A stretch of 64,000 bases of DNA, taken from IMG/VR virus record IMGVR_UViG_3300035034_001389. The stretch is one strand, 5' to 3'. The notes beneath the pieces are model-generated. The model was not told the origin of the DNA and did not search any database. It worked only from the letters and a program-made list of their open reading frames with translations. This DNA comes from an uncultured virus (IMG/VR IMGVR_UViG_3300035034_001389) (taxonomy: Duplodnaviria; Heunggongvirae; Uroviricota; Caudoviricetes). Made by a program: the position numbers and the translations under genes. Below, one piece after another: positions 39,879-49,928 of the stretch (position 1 is the stretch's first letter; every line of letters starts with the position of its first letter).

Positions 39879-40634
39879 ATGGCATACCCTACTGAAATAT
39901 CAATTGATGATTTTTACTATAATGAACAGTTTAGAAAACATATTGTTCAATTTATGGCTATTTTTTCAACACTTAAAGTATCCACAGGTAAAAATGATAA
40001 CAATTCATCAAGTAATTTGATAGAAGTCCCTATTACGTATGGTAGTCGAGATAGAGTGGTAGATGGTGTGTTATCCGATAATACACAAAATAAACTTCTT
40101 AAGTTGCCAGCTATGGCAGCACAAGTTACTGGCATTACTATAGCACGTGATCGATTAGTGGGCCAAGGTACTGAAAGGAGACAAGTTAAATTGAAGCGTG
40201 GTGGTACCATACCTGATGATTTGCAACAATTCACGACTTTAAAGCCAGTACCATATGAAATAGAAATGGAACTATCAATACTAGTAACTAACACCAATCA
40301 CCATTTTCAAATTTTAGAGCAAATTTTACTATTATTTAATCCATCAATAAGTATACAGATGTCAGATTCTTACGGTGATCAATCTTCAAAATCTGAAATA
40401 TTTTTACAAAGTATAGGAATAGAGGAAAATTACCCAGCCGGTGAAGACAGGCGGATCATAGCATCATCTATAATATTCAGCTTTGTCACACATTTAAGTG
40501 CTCCGGTTGACCTCAGAAATGAGATTATTAAGCAGATTAATATACGTGTTGGGGCAGCTTTTAATACTGCTGATATTAATTTTGAAAACTTAGACCCAAT
40601 AGTAATCGATACTTCAGGGTATATACCCGATTAA
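39879..40634 (+). CDS. gp15-like tail sheath stabilizer/terminator
   Basis: FYYNEQFRK, VPITYG, PVPYEIEMELSI, QILEQILLLFNP. Confidence 0.85.
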   Translation: MAYPTEISIDDFYYNEQFRKHIVQFMAIFSTLKVSTGKNDNNSSSNLIEVPITYGSRDRVVDGVLSDNTQNKLLKLPAMAAQVTGITIARDRLVGQGTERRQVKLKRGGTIPDDLQQFTTLKPVPYEIEMELSILVTNTNHHFQILEQILLLFNPSISIQMSDSYGDQSSKSEIFLQSIGIEENYPAGEDRRIIASSIIFSFVTHLSAPVDLRNEIIKQINIRVGAAFNTADINFENLDPIVIDTSGYIPD

Positions 40635-40667
40635 TATGCAGTTTTAGATATATTGAATAACAACCAT

Positions 40668-40675
40668 CATAAATA
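40668..40675 (+). promoter_or_regulatory. Late promoter variant (CATAAATA) for the tail sheath gene
   Basis: CATAAATAGT upstream of an AGGAG SD. Confidence 0.6.
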
Positions 40676-40716
40676 GTAATAACAAGTAATTTATACTATT
40701 TTTAGGAGATAATATT

Positions 40717-42843
40717 ATGGTTGATTTAGTTAGTCCGGGCACTCAAGTAAACGTATTTGATGATTCTTTTTTCATTCCGGGTCGTCAGGCAACAGTGCCG
40801 TTAATTTTCATTGCAACCGCAGATGAAAAAACACAAGCAGATGGTGTTACCCCAGCACTTGGAACATATGAAAATAATGTTGTACGAACTGTGACTAATT
40901 CCGGTCAGGCAGCACAATTGTATGGAACCCCGCGTTTTATGGTCAACTCTTCTGGTGCAGCACATCACGGTGACGCACGAAATGAATACGGGTTGGATGC
41001 ATTATATAAGTATCTAGATATTGGTGAACGTGCTTATGTTGTACGTGCTGATGTTAATCTTGATGACACATATACTAATACTAAGTCACTATGGACATCA
41101 AAAATTTCAACTGATGGTGACACGCTTAATCAACTAGTTGCTGATTTCATTGAAGAATCCAATGCTGCAAATGGTTTAGTACCAGCATCACCGGGATTCA
41201 AGCAGACAGTAACTGGAACAGAATTAAAAACCCTTATAGGTGAGGCTATAGCTTCAACTCTAGCTTCATATTCATTCAGTTCAACTCAATTTGAAGATGA
41301 CTTCTTACAGGATCACACTGTTGATCTTGCAGGTTATACTGAAGTTGTATATGATTCTACAGGTGGCAACATTGTTGGTACTGATGCTACTGGTCTTAAT
41401 AATGATAGCACTGCTTACTCTTTCCAGATTGAAGTAGTAGATAATGGTGGAACAAACACATTTATTGTTGCAGTAACAGGTTCAGATGTTCAGACATTTG
41501 CCGAGCTTACCGCACAGATACAGTCTGAAATTCAAGGTACAACTGGTGATTCAACTACATTAGTTGAATTAATATCTGGTAATATTCGAATTACATCGGG
41601 TCTAGCTGGTGCAACTTCAAGCATTGATATATTATCAGATGATGTTACAGGTAGTATTCCATTGTTTGGTAACACTAACCTATTTCTAAGTTTTTCTGAA
41701 CCAGTGTCGGGTCAAGGACCAAACCCACTAGACATTTATGATGACACATTCTCATCTATTGTAGATACATATGATGGTATAGATGCGATTGTGGACAACT
41801 GGTCGGCTGGAGCAGTTGTTGCAGATGAATTTACATCATCTGAAGCGGAAGGTGTTCTTATAGCGGCAGCATCAGATTTTGATAACACTCTAGAATTTCG
41901 TAACAGTACTTCATTAGGTTCTAACGATGCCGCACGAAGAGCAAGTATTGTACAGCAAATACAAGCAGCTATCAATAACCCAAACAGTGTTCTAAGAACT
42001 GACCAGTTCGAATATAACTTGGTATGTGCTCCGGGTTATTGGGAAGCTACTGATGAGCTATTATCACTAGCACAAGATCAATTAAATGAAGTATTTGTAA
42101 TTGGTGATACTCCAGTTGATCGTGCACCGACCGGACCAAATGGTATGGTTGAGTGGGCTAATGACAATAAAGTATTCAGTAACTTGGTAGCTTACTTCTA
42201 CCCACATGGATTATCATCTAACACTGATGGTGCTAAAATTTTAACATCTGCGGCTTCTACCGCATTGCGACTATTTGCATTGAATGATCGTGATGCTGAA
42301 CTTTGGTACGCAGTTGCTGGACCACAACGTGCAGTTGCTAACAACCTAGACTCTATCGGTTATGTTACTGGTAACTTAGGTACTGCAACAACATTTGTTG
42401 AGGATAATATAAGTAGGGGCATTGCTGATACACTATTCCCACTTGATATAAACTACTTTACACGAGTTAGAAATCGTGGTATAGTTCTAATGAGTCAGAA
42501 CACAACACAATCATCATCAACACAGTTGGATCGTGTTAACGTATCTCGATTGGTTGCATATATTCGTAGGGAAATTCGTGGTAGAGTTTTTGATCTACTG
42601 TATGAGCCAAATGATGGTATTACTCGCCAGAATGCCAAATCTAAAACAGATAGCTTCTTAAGTGAACTAGTTGGCCGTAGAGCACTATTTGACTTCGCAA
42701 CACGTGTTGATGGAGTTAATAACGCAGCAACACAAATAGCAAATAGTGAATTGGTTATTGATATAGCTATCAAGCCAGTAACATCTACAGAATTTGTAAC
42801 TGTAAATCTAACTATAGCTAGACCTGATGCAACAATCCGTTAA
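40717..42843 (+). CDS. Tail sheath protein (gp18-like)
   Basis: LVSPGTQV, YGTP, LDRVNVSRL, LYEPND, IDIAIKPV. Confidence 0.92.
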   Translation: MVDLVSPGTQVNVFDDSFFIPGRQATVPLIFIATADEKTQADGVTPALGTYENNVVRTVTNSGQAAQLYGTPRFMVNSSGAAHHGDARNEYGLDALYKYLDIGERAYVVRADVNLDDTYTNTKSLWTSKISTDGDTLNQLVADFIEESNAANGLVPASPGFKQTVTGTELKTLIGEAIASTLASYSFSSTQFEDDFLQDHTVDLAGYTEVVYDSTGGNIVGTDATGLNNDSTAYSFQIEVVDNGGTNTFIVAVTGSDVQTFAELTAQIQSEIQGTTGDSTTLVELISGNIRITSGLAGATSSIDILSDDVTGSIPLFGNTNLFLSFSEPVSGQGPNPLDIYDDTFSSIVDTYDGIDAIVDNWSAGAVVADEFTSSEAEGVLIAAASDFDNTLEFRNSTSLGSNDAARRASIVQQIQAAINNPNSVLRTDQFEYNLVCAPGYWEATDELLSLAQDQLNEVFVIGDTPVDRAPTGPNGMVEWANDNKVFSNLVAYFYPHGLSSNTDGAKILTSAASTALRLFALNDRDAELWYAVAGPQRAVANNLDSIGYVTGNLGTATTFVEDNISRGIADTLFPLDINYFTRVRNRGIVLMSQNTTQSSSTQLDRVNVSRLVAYIRREIRGRVFDLLYEPNDGITRQNAKSKTDSFLSELVGRRALFDFATRVDGVNNAATQIANSELVIDIAIKPVTSTEFVTVNLTIARPDATIR

Positions 42844-42857
42844 TATATCGGATAAAT

Positions 42858-42884
42858 AAAAAAGGGGCTTAAGCCCCTTTTTTT
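42858..42884. terminator. Bidirectional rho-independent terminator
   Basis: Perfect palindrome AAAAAAGGGGCTTAAGCCCCTTTTTT between convergent genes. Confidence 0.9.
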
Positions 42885-42900
42885 ATGTCTAAAATATTGT

Positions 42901-43641
42901 TTATGATTTAAATAATGGTTTTATTTTTTGGTCATAGAAGCTTTCAAGACGATTATGAAGCCTCTCTTTATTTTCCTTAGTAAGACCTTTATCATAGTTC
43001 CCGACTACTTCCCGCACAACCTTCTTAAACTCATGAAGGTTATCACCGAATGCTTCTTTAGCAACATTTTTAATGGCAAGTTTAGTGGTTTCTCTAACAC
43101 TAACATTTTCAGTATCAAGATTGCTATTAAGCTCTTTAAGTGTCCCTTCACAATCATCTAATCGACATCTAAGTTCACTGATAATTTTCTCATAGACTTC
43201 TTCGAAATTTTCATTATCTCTAGTTTCATCTTCATATTTTGTACGACTTGAAGGTTCATCACCAGTTCTATACTCATTAACATACTTAAGTATCATTTGT
43301 TTTATTTGATTGGTCATTTTAGAATCATTTGATAGAAATGTATCTATTTCCATTCGACTTGGGACATTCTCTTCACAATCAACCACTATAGTCCAATTAC
43401 CAGAAGATTTATTTTTACCCATACGAACTGAATTATTTCCAGTTTTTCGGATACAAAATTCAAGATCAAATGAACTATTTTTTACAACTCTACCAAGATG
43501 AAATTTAATGTCATTTTCATTATAATCAATATGGGCATGATCTAAGACATCCAGCATTTTTTGATATATAAGATCAACTGTTGATTCCGCAGAACTTTCA
43601 GTAATTATCTTAGTGGCTATAAAATCTCGCAAATTATTCAT
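42901..43641 (-). CDS. Hypothetical late protein (possible head-internal protein)
   Basis: TATAAATA on the minus strand at 43658-43665, AGGAG SD, N-terminal ITE motif. Confidence 0.65.
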   Translation of the reverse strand: MNNLRDFIATKIITESSAESTVDLIYQKMLDVLDHAHIDYNENDIKFHLGRVVKNSSFDLEFCIRKTGNNSVRMGKNKSSGNWTIVVDCEENVPSRMEIDTFLSNDSKMTNQIKQMILKYVNEYRTGDEPSSRTKYEDETRDNENFEEVYEKIISELRCRLDDCEGTLKELNSNLDTENVSVRETTKLAIKNVAKEAFGDNLHEFKKVVREVVGNYDKGLTKENKERLHNRLESFYDQKIKPLFKS

Positions 43642-43657
43642 ATTTTTCTCCTACATG

Positions 43658-43708
43658 TATTTATATATCAATGCATAAATCTATTAAATTGTGCTATTTT
43701 TATAAATA
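43658..43708. promoter_or_regulatory. Divergent late promoters
   Basis: TATAAATA on minus 43658-43665 and on plus 43701-43708. Confidence 0.7.
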
Positions 43709-43735
43709 TTATTAGGCACATATGAGGATAACGCC

Positions 43736-44188
43736 GTGATTGAAACAGGGTTAGTAAAGGTAGTAACAGATTTCATTAAATGGATTCTGGAATTCATATT
43801 CCCAAATAGAGTTAAAATTGCACCCGTTGATTTAACTGCAATTTATGATAAACGTAGAATTCTATTACCCAAAAAGGAAAAGACTTTGATTGAAATATTA
43901 GAGTTTAGCCCTCATCGACACTTTTCCACCATTGAACTTACATATGAATGGAATGAAAAAACTATGAAGTACTGGAAAATACCTGTAACTGAAGGAGAGT
44001 GTAGGGCAATTTTGAGAGATTGGTCAAATAATGAAAGATATAACCTTGTTATATGGCATGAATCTATCGCGGGTAGAAACCTTTGGTACTTAAATCCAGA
44101 ATATCAGGAAAATAGAACAAAGCCTCAACTAGATGAAACAACAATACAGAATATTGTTAATATTGAAAATGATGGAATATCAAAATAA
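43736..44188 (+). CDS. Hypothetical protein
   Basis: GTG start with GAGG SD, late promoter upstream. Confidence 0.6.
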   Translation: MIETGLVKVVTDFIKWILEFIFPNRVKIAPVDLTAIYDKRRILLPKKEKTLIEILEFSPHRHFSTIELTYEWNEKTMKYWKIPVTEGECRAILRDWSNNERYNLVIWHESIAGRNLWYLNPEYQENRTKPQLDETTIQNIVNIENDGISK

Positions 44189-44210
44189 TTTATTTACAAC
44201 GCACAATACT

Positions 44211-44218
44211 TATAAATA
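44211..44218 (+). promoter_or_regulatory. T4-type late promoter
   Basis: TATAAATA upstream of the tube gene. Confidence 0.7.
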
Positions 44219-44252
44219 ATTATGATATTAGAATCTTTATGGAGAAATACAA

Positions 44253-44846
44253 ATGGCTTTAATTACAGATATTGGTGTTGATGGTGGTGGGGTTTCCCAC
44301 CCACGATTTAAGCACAAGTGGGCAATCACCTTCCAGAACATCGCTGGTGATGAAGAACCGTTGAGAACTAATGCTATAAATGCATCTCGACCAAAAATGC
44401 AGTTTGAAGAAGTTGTACTAGATCGTTATAACTCTAAAGTGTATGTTGCTGGTAAGCACGTATTTGAAACAATTGATATTCAGTTTGAAGATGATATTAA
44501 TGGTGGCGTAACCTCAGCATTACAGGAACAGTTAGAACTACAGCAGAATATTATAGGTCTGAACGCTTCCCCTCGATTGGCATCTGCCGCAGCAGGTCAG
44601 GATTACAAGTTTGCTGTTCGTATGGACTTACTTGAAGGTTCTACTGCAATCGTTGAAACTTGGGTCATTGAAGGATGTTTTATTCAGAATATTGACTATG
44701 AAAACGTAGACTATACTACAAGTGAAACACTTAAAGTAACTATCACACTTCGATTTGACCATGCTCGCCAGAACATCAACCCTGATAATGTTTCAGGTAA
44801 GGCAACTGGTGGTGCTGGTTCTACTGATGAAGGATTTATACTATAA
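44253..44846 (+). CDS. Tail tube protein (gp19-like)
   Basis: RP...FEEV...YNSKVYVAGKH, ETWVIEGCF, ITLRFDHA. Confidence 0.88.
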   Translation: MALITDIGVDGGGVSHPRFKHKWAITFQNIAGDEEPLRTNAINASRPKMQFEEVVLDRYNSKVYVAGKHVFETIDIQFEDDINGGVTSALQEQLELQQNIIGLNASPRLASAAAGQDYKFAVRMDLLEGSTAIVETWVIEGCFIQNIDYENVDYTTSETLKVTITLRFDHARQNINPDNVSGKATGGAGSTDEGFIL

Positions 44847-44874
44847 TAAATCATAGTTAGTTATGATAGTAATT

Positions 44875-44907
44875 AGAAGGCTCGTTTTATACGGGCCTTC
44901 TTTGTTT
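44875..44907 (+). terminator. Rho-independent terminator after the tube gene
   Basis: AGAAGGCTCGT-TTTAT-ACGGGCCTTCT hairpin followed by TTGTTT. Confidence 0.75.
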
Positions 44908-44914
44908 ATAAATA
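44907..44914 (+). promoter_or_regulatory. T4-type late promoter directly after the terminator
   Basis: TATAAATA. Confidence 0.7.
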
Positions 44915-44935
44915 TAGTAAATATAAGGAAAAAAC

Positions 44936-46063
44936 ATGGCAAAGCGTAAGAATACAACATTATCATATCGTGCTGATATACAGGATGGTGGAAATAGCAA
45001 TAGAGCATCTAATCCAAGAAATGCTATAAGCCGATTATTAGATTTTAGTGGTCCAGAAACCGCTCCACATATTGTAGATCAATTTGCTACAATTAAACGA
45101 CCTAAATTAAAATTTAATTATACCATGACCATTAAGTTCCGTAATCCTATTGATATTGAAAGTATTACTACGGGTGTAAAATCAGATGACTCTAGAATGT
45201 CGGATGAAGTTACATTTGCACTTAAACAAGCAACAAGGCCAAACCCAACAATTAATTACCAAGATATAAATTTCTACAACTATCGAACTAAAGTCGCAAC
45301 TAAAATGGACTATGGTGCTATGACATTAACATTTTATGATGATGTATCTAACTATGCCCATAACATGTATGAACTATATCTTAAATCAATAAGCCCAATA
45401 GCATCTAAACGTAAAGAGGAAGCAAACACTATATACTCTGGGAAAGAAGGTCCACAAAATATGAACTTTAATCTTGGTGGTGGTACTAATTACGCAGGTG
45501 GTTCTGGTTCTATCGGACCATTACAGGGAATTGCAGATGGTGGTGAATCTGGATTGATCGAAAATATTAGTATTAGACATTGGTTCTACTCACAATTAGA
45601 ACGACGTGGTGATGAGGGATCAACTGAAGGAACTAGAGGTTATGACCCAAATAATATTCAATATATAGAATATCAATTCATTAATCCAAAAATATCAAAC
45701 ATGACTCTTGATGAACTAGACATGACACAATCGGATGTTAATACAGTTATGATGAGTTTTAATTATGATTCTGTTTACATTGACTCACCCAGAGCAGAAA
45801 ATGCACCAGAATTGAGCACAGCACCCCCAGCATCAAATGTCTTCACATTGGGTAGAGTATTATCTAAGGTACGTGACGCTGAAAGACTAATAAATAGATT
45901 TAGAAGATTAGATACTATACCAGATATTTCGGTTTTGTCTACGATTGGATCATTACAGAGTGGTGGCTTTTTACCACCACTTACAAACCCATTACCGGAA
46001 GGACTTGAAATACCGGAAATAGATATAGATTTTCCCATAACATTCGGTGATATAGGGTTATAA
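44936..46063 (+). CDS. Tail-tube-like protein (gp19/gp54-type tube initiator)
   Basis: PKLKFNY, RPNPTI...NFYNYRTKV, TLTFYDD, FINPKI...DELD...MSFNYD. Confidence 0.7.
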   Translation: MAKRKNTTLSYRADIQDGGNSNRASNPRNAISRLLDFSGPETAPHIVDQFATIKRPKLKFNYTMTIKFRNPIDIESITTGVKSDDSRMSDEVTFALKQATRPNPTINYQDINFYNYRTKVATKMDYGAMTLTFYDDVSNYAHNMYELYLKSISPIASKRKEEANTIYSGKEGPQNMNFNLGGGTNYAGGSGSIGPLQGIADGGESGLIENISIRHWFYSQLERRGDEGSTEGTRGYDPNNIQYIEYQFINPKISNMTLDELDMTQSDVNTVMMSFNYDSVYIDSPRAENAPELSTAPPASNVFTLGRVLSKVRDAERLINRFRRLDTIPDISVLSTIGSLQSGGFLPPLTNPLPEGLEIPEIDIDFPITFGDIGL

Positions 46064-46076
46064 ATATAGGTAAATT

Positions 46077-46517
46077 ATGGCTTGGAAACAGGGGTTGTAT
46101 GAAGTAAAAAACCGTAATAAATATGACGGTGATTATACTAATGTCGTATACCGTTCATCATGGGAATTAGATGCTTTTGAGTTTTGTGACAACAACCCGA
46201 ATGTTTTAAAATGGTCATCCGAGGAAATAGTAATACCATATGCAGTCCCAGCAAATAATGGTGGTATTAGACCGGCTAAATATTACCCTGATTTGTATAT
46301 GGAATGTAAAATATCTGATGGAAGAATAATAAAATATCTAATTGAAATTAAACCAGCAAAACAAACTAAGCCATCTAAATCTAGAAATACCAGAAATAAA
46401 ATGTATGAAAACTCGGTTTACCAAAAAAATCAATTAAAATGGAAAGCTGCTGAATTATGGTGTCAAGAAAGAAATATACAATTTAAATTATTAACTGAAA
46501 ATGATCAATTCAAATAA
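46077..46517 (+). CDS. gp4-like head completion protein (TnsA-like nuclease fold)
   Basis: KYDGD...YRSSWE...CDNNPNVLKWSSEEIVIPY...YYPD...EIKP...KWKAA; TATAAATA at 46059-46066. Confidence 0.9.
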   Translation: MAWKQGLYEVKNRNKYDGDYTNVVYRSSWELDAFEFCDNNPNVLKWSSEEIVIPYAVPANNGGIRPAKYYPDLYMECKISDGRIIKYLIEIKPAKQTKPSKSRNTRNKMYENSVYQKNQLKWKAAELWCQERNIQFKLLTENDQFK

Positions 46518-46571
46518 TAGAGCAATTTAGACCAATAATGCTAAATATAGTAAAGGAATCAAGGAATTATT

Positions 46572-47903
46572 ATGAAAAAAATTGATGAAACAGCAGCCGC
46601 AGGTTCAACTGGTGCGGGTTCTATAGCAGTTGCACCCTCTAGGAGTTTAGATGGTGCTCAGTCTAGAATGTCACTTAAGGACTTTATGGGCAAGTTCTAT
46701 AAAGGAGTTAAGAACGCATATGCACCTAAAGATGTAAGTAAAATGTTTACATCATCAATCAACAAGATAGATGAATCTGCCAACTTCGAATATCAATTAG
46801 ATAATGCTACAAGCACATTTAAAGCAGCACAGGGTGAATCTGGCCACGAAATGTCTGACACTATTGCATATGGTGTACAGGATGATGATGGTAATATTAT
46901 GGTAATTACAATCCCTATCGAGCAAAGTGAAGACCTAGAGCGAACAGTAGCACAAACATTGGCGGATGTTATGCAATATAAGAAAACTGGTCGAGGTGAA
47001 AATAAATCACTGGCTGAACTTTTATACGATCTTAAAGACAATTTTAATATTATAGATGCACAATTCCCAACAATTCCCAAAGATGCAGTATATAACGCTG
47101 ATGAAATAACATCATCATTACCTGAAAATGATAGCATGGGTGATGATGAGGATATGGGTGATGATGACTTTGGCTCTGAAGGTGATATGGGCGATGAAGA
47201 AACCGATAACATGGACCCATCTATTGATGGTGGTGATGACATGGAAGATGGTGATGGTGATGATGATGATTTTGATCCAGATGATGAAGATATGGGTGAC
47301 GATTTTGGGGATGGTGAAGAAGATAAAGAATCATTGCTAGTATCAGTATTGGGAATGTTAAAGTCACAGAATGAAAAGGAAACTGCACAAGCTAATGCCG
47401 AAATTGAGAAGGCCAAAGCTGTCCAAGCAAAAGCAGCATTAACATCATCTAAGATGGAAATGGAAGCACAGGAAGATATGGTAGCAGCACAGGCCGAAAT
47501 GGATGCCGAAAAGGAAAAGGAAAAACGTGCAAAGGAATTAGCGAATATTGCAAAGTTTAATTATAAGAAGAAAAAGGGTTTAGGTGAAGGATTTTCTAAC
47601 ACATTTAAAAGCATAGTAATGGAAATTGACCCTAATGATACCGTAGCTACTGTTCGTAAACAGATGCAGGTTGTACCTTTAAAGTATGCAATTGATCCGG
47701 GTGATAGTGAAGAAACAAAGAGTCTTAAGAATAAGGAGAAGCAGCTTGCGATGCGTGAACTGCAAATTAAATTAAGAGCTGCACGTAATAGGGCAACTTA
47801 CGATAAAACCCAACAAGATCAAGAACAAGATCAAGAACAAAATCCTGACGATTTAGATCAGAATAATCAAAATAATCAAAATAATAGGAATGGTGAAATA
47901 TAA
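46572..47903 (+). CDS. Acidic prohead-core/scaffold-like protein
   Basis: N-terminal IDETAAAG, several I/L-x-E sites, D/M/G-rich low-complexity segment, coiled-coil-like region. Confidence 0.5.
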   Translation: MKKIDETAAAGSTGAGSIAVAPSRSLDGAQSRMSLKDFMGKFYKGVKNAYAPKDVSKMFTSSINKIDESANFEYQLDNATSTFKAAQGESGHEMSDTIAYGVQDDDGNIMVITIPIEQSEDLERTVAQTLADVMQYKKTGRGENKSLAELLYDLKDNFNIIDAQFPTIPKDAVYNADEITSSLPENDSMGDDEDMGDDDFGSEGDMGDEETDNMDPSIDGGDDMEDGDGDDDDFDPDDEDMGDDFGDGEEDKESLLVSVLGMLKSQNEKETAQANAEIEKAKAVQAKAALTSSKMEMEAQEDMVAAQAEMDAEKEKEKRAKELANIAKFNYKKKKGLGEGFSNTFKSIVMEIDPNDTVATVRKQMQVVPLKYAIDPGDSEETKSLKNKEKQLAMRELQIKLRAARNRATYDKTQQDQEQDQEQNPDDLDQNNQNNQNNRNGEI

Positions 47904-48415
47904 TGAAACTTACTGACATAATGATAAGTGAAACAGTTATGGAATCTACTAACTTAGATGAATCCGCAATGACCCTGCTATCGGAGATTGAGTTAGCTGA
48001 AAGTGAAATACTTGAAGCTTATAAGCTGATAGATGAATTGCGAATTATTGTCTCAGAAAATGAAGAGGTTGATGAAGCTGATCTTAAGACAATTGATGAA
48101 CTAATTGATGAAGCATATGATCGTTTAGGTTCTTTTGACTTTGATGTAATTGAAGAGTCGGTTGATCGTCAATTTAAACGATATGGTGACACATTTAAGA
48201 GACAATATAGATGTACATCTGGACCAAAAGCTGGTAGAATGGTAGCATCACCTGAAAAGTGTGGTATTCGAAAAGACCCAAGACGTGTGCGTATTGGTAA
48301 GAAGTCTGCTAGAATGAAAAAAGGACAACGTGTAAGAAAGAGTAAATTTACTAAGCGTAAAACACAGTCAAAGCGTTTATCTAGAATGAATGCGGCATTA
48401 CGTGGAGATAAGTAA
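47903..48415 (+). CDS. gp68-like prohead core protein
   Basis: Acidic N-half with I/L-x-E sites, very basic C-half (KKSARMKKGQRVRKSKFTKRK). Confidence 0.55.
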   Translation: MKLTDIMISETVMESTNLDESAMTLLSEIELAESEILEAYKLIDELRIIVSENEEVDEADLKTIDELIDEAYDRLGSFDFDVIEESVDRQFKRYGDTFKRQYRCTSGPKAGRMVASPEKCGIRKDPRRVRIGKKSARMKKGQRVRKSKFTKRKTQSKRLSRMNAALRGDK

Positions 48416-48891
48416 TGCAATTTAAAGATACCACAGAGTTATTGGATTTCTTTAACAGTCTAGACTTAGAAGAATCTAATTTTGTACTTAAAGAAAAAAA
48501 AGAAAAACATGACCATTCTGAAGACTGTGAATGTGAATCATCAACATGTGCATGTGATACAAAGGTAGAGACTGCCAAGGTTGAATTGGTCAATAGTCTT
48601 ATGGTAGAATCATTCAGTGGTTCACCGCAGTTTGAATTTGAAATGGTAGACTCTGATAAAAATATATTTTTTGTAGAAGATTTTGAAGCTATTAAAGATG
48701 CATGTGGTACTGGTAGGATTGAATTTAATGACCGTATGGTACATATGAATCTATGTGAGCAAAATGGTGTTGCAACTGTTAATCTAAATATAAAGATAAA
48801 TGGAACACAGGTAAATAATGTACCATTTGTATTAGAACGCTCCAATGAATCCCCAAAGTTGTGTATTAAAAAGTCTGATTTTATAAAATAA
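48415..48891 (+). CDS. Hypothetical protein; C-terminus weakly like retropepsin/RimK-associated protease family, no catalytic DTG seen
   Basis: TAATG coupling to the upstream gene; VNLNIKING...VPFVLERS. Confidence 0.45.
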   Translation: MQFKDTTELLDFFNSLDLEESNFVLKEKKEKHDHSEDCECESSTCACDTKVETAKVELVNSLMVESFSGSPQFEFEMVDSDKNIFFVEDFEAIKDACGTGRIEFNDRMVHMNLCEQNGVATVNLNIKINGTQVNNVPFVLERSNESPKLCIKKSDFIK

Positions 48892-48919
48892 ATATATACT
48901 ATAATTAATAGGAGTTTAC

Positions 48920-49546
48920 ATGGATCATAAATCACCATTTATAGTGGTTAAGGAAGTTTTATCCCCACTACAATGCGAAGATATGGTGAAGCGTTTAAAG
49001 CATACTAGCCCAAATTTAAACCAACTGGGAATCCCAACCGTAACATATAAGGCAAACAACTTATCTGAAATTAGGATATCACCTATAGTCGAACAACTAA
49101 TTCCAGTAATAGAGCAGCATTATGATGTAAAGATTAAAAGCAAAACAACACCTATGTTCGAATGGTACCCTGAAGGATACCAAAACAACAAAGCAACATC
49201 TGAAGGCTACAGGCGTATCACAAAGCGTGGTAAGAAACCAGTATGGCAACGTGTGAAAAATTATGATTTCACAATTTTAACATTTCTTAATGATTATAAT
49301 AATGAAACTGATTTTGATGAACAATTCGAATTCCGGGGTGGTAAATTAGAATTCCCAACTCATGGATTTGGATTTAACGCTGAACGTGGAACAGTGCTAA
49401 TATTCCCAACTCGCCCTAATTTTGCACACGCAATAACAAATATCACCGCAGGAAACCTCAATATTATTAGAAGTCACTTGATTACTGACAGTGAATTCGA
49501 GTATAATATGGATGACTATACCGGATCGTATAAAGATTGGTTTTAA
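48920..49546 (+). CDS. 2OG-Fe(II) oxygenase fold protein (prolyl-4-hydroxylase-like), HxD motif apparently altered
   Basis: LSPLQCE, FLNDY, GGKLEFP, GTVLIFP, distal His in AHAI, Arg in IIRS. Confidence 0.75.
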   Translation: MDHKSPFIVVKEVLSPLQCEDMVKRLKHTSPNLNQLGIPTVTYKANNLSEIRISPIVEQLIPVIEQHYDVKIKSKTTPMFEWYPEGYQNNKATSEGYRRITKRGKKPVWQRVKNYDFTILTFLNDYNNETDFDEQFEFRGGKLEFPTHGFGFNAERGTVLIFPTRPNFAHAITNITAGNLNIIRSHLITDSEFEYNMDDYTGSYKDWF

Positions 49547-49551
49547 ACCAC

Positions 49552-49579
49552 TTGCATTATTCTAAAATAATGCTATAAT
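49552..49579 (+). promoter_or_regulatory. Sigma70-type promoter for the replication operon
   Basis: TTGCAT, 16-nt spacer, extended -10 TGC-TATAAT. Confidence 0.7.
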
Positions 49580-49622
49580 ATTCGGCTACAACAATTCATA
49601 AAAACTTAATAAGGAGAATAAT

Positions 49623-49925
49623 ATGAGTGATATAAGTAATTTCCAACTTCCTAGTGACCCACAAGAATTAGACAAGATCAAAAATTGCATTAATGAAATT
49701 TCTGGACAGAATCAAATGATTAAAGATCGCCAAGCTGCGATTAAAGACATTAAGGATGATCTTAAAGAAACATACGCAATGCCAACAGCACTAATCAATA
49801 AACTAGTTAAAGCTATTGATGACGGTGACTATCAAGAAATGACCGCAGAGCAAAGTGTATTTGAACTTGTACGTGAAACCATTCTTGGTGATGGTGGCCT
49901 ACCAGACGATAATGCTTCGGTATAA
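49623..49925 (+). CDS. T4 DsbA-like double-stranded DNA-binding protein
   Basis: 100-aa helical protein with IKDIKDDLKE...LINKLVK; AAGGAG SD; first gene before the polymerase. Confidence 0.55.
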   Translation: MSDISNFQLPSDPQELDKIKNCINEISGQNQMIKDRQAAIKDIKDDLKETYAMPTALINKLVKAIDDGDYQEMTAEQSVFELVRETILGDGGLPDDNASV

Positions 49926-49928
49926 TTA

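Noticed and set aside
46077..46517. TnsA transposase / mobile element
   Set aside because: The motifs match the T4 gp4-like head completion protein in a late-gene context; no other transposon genes or ends.
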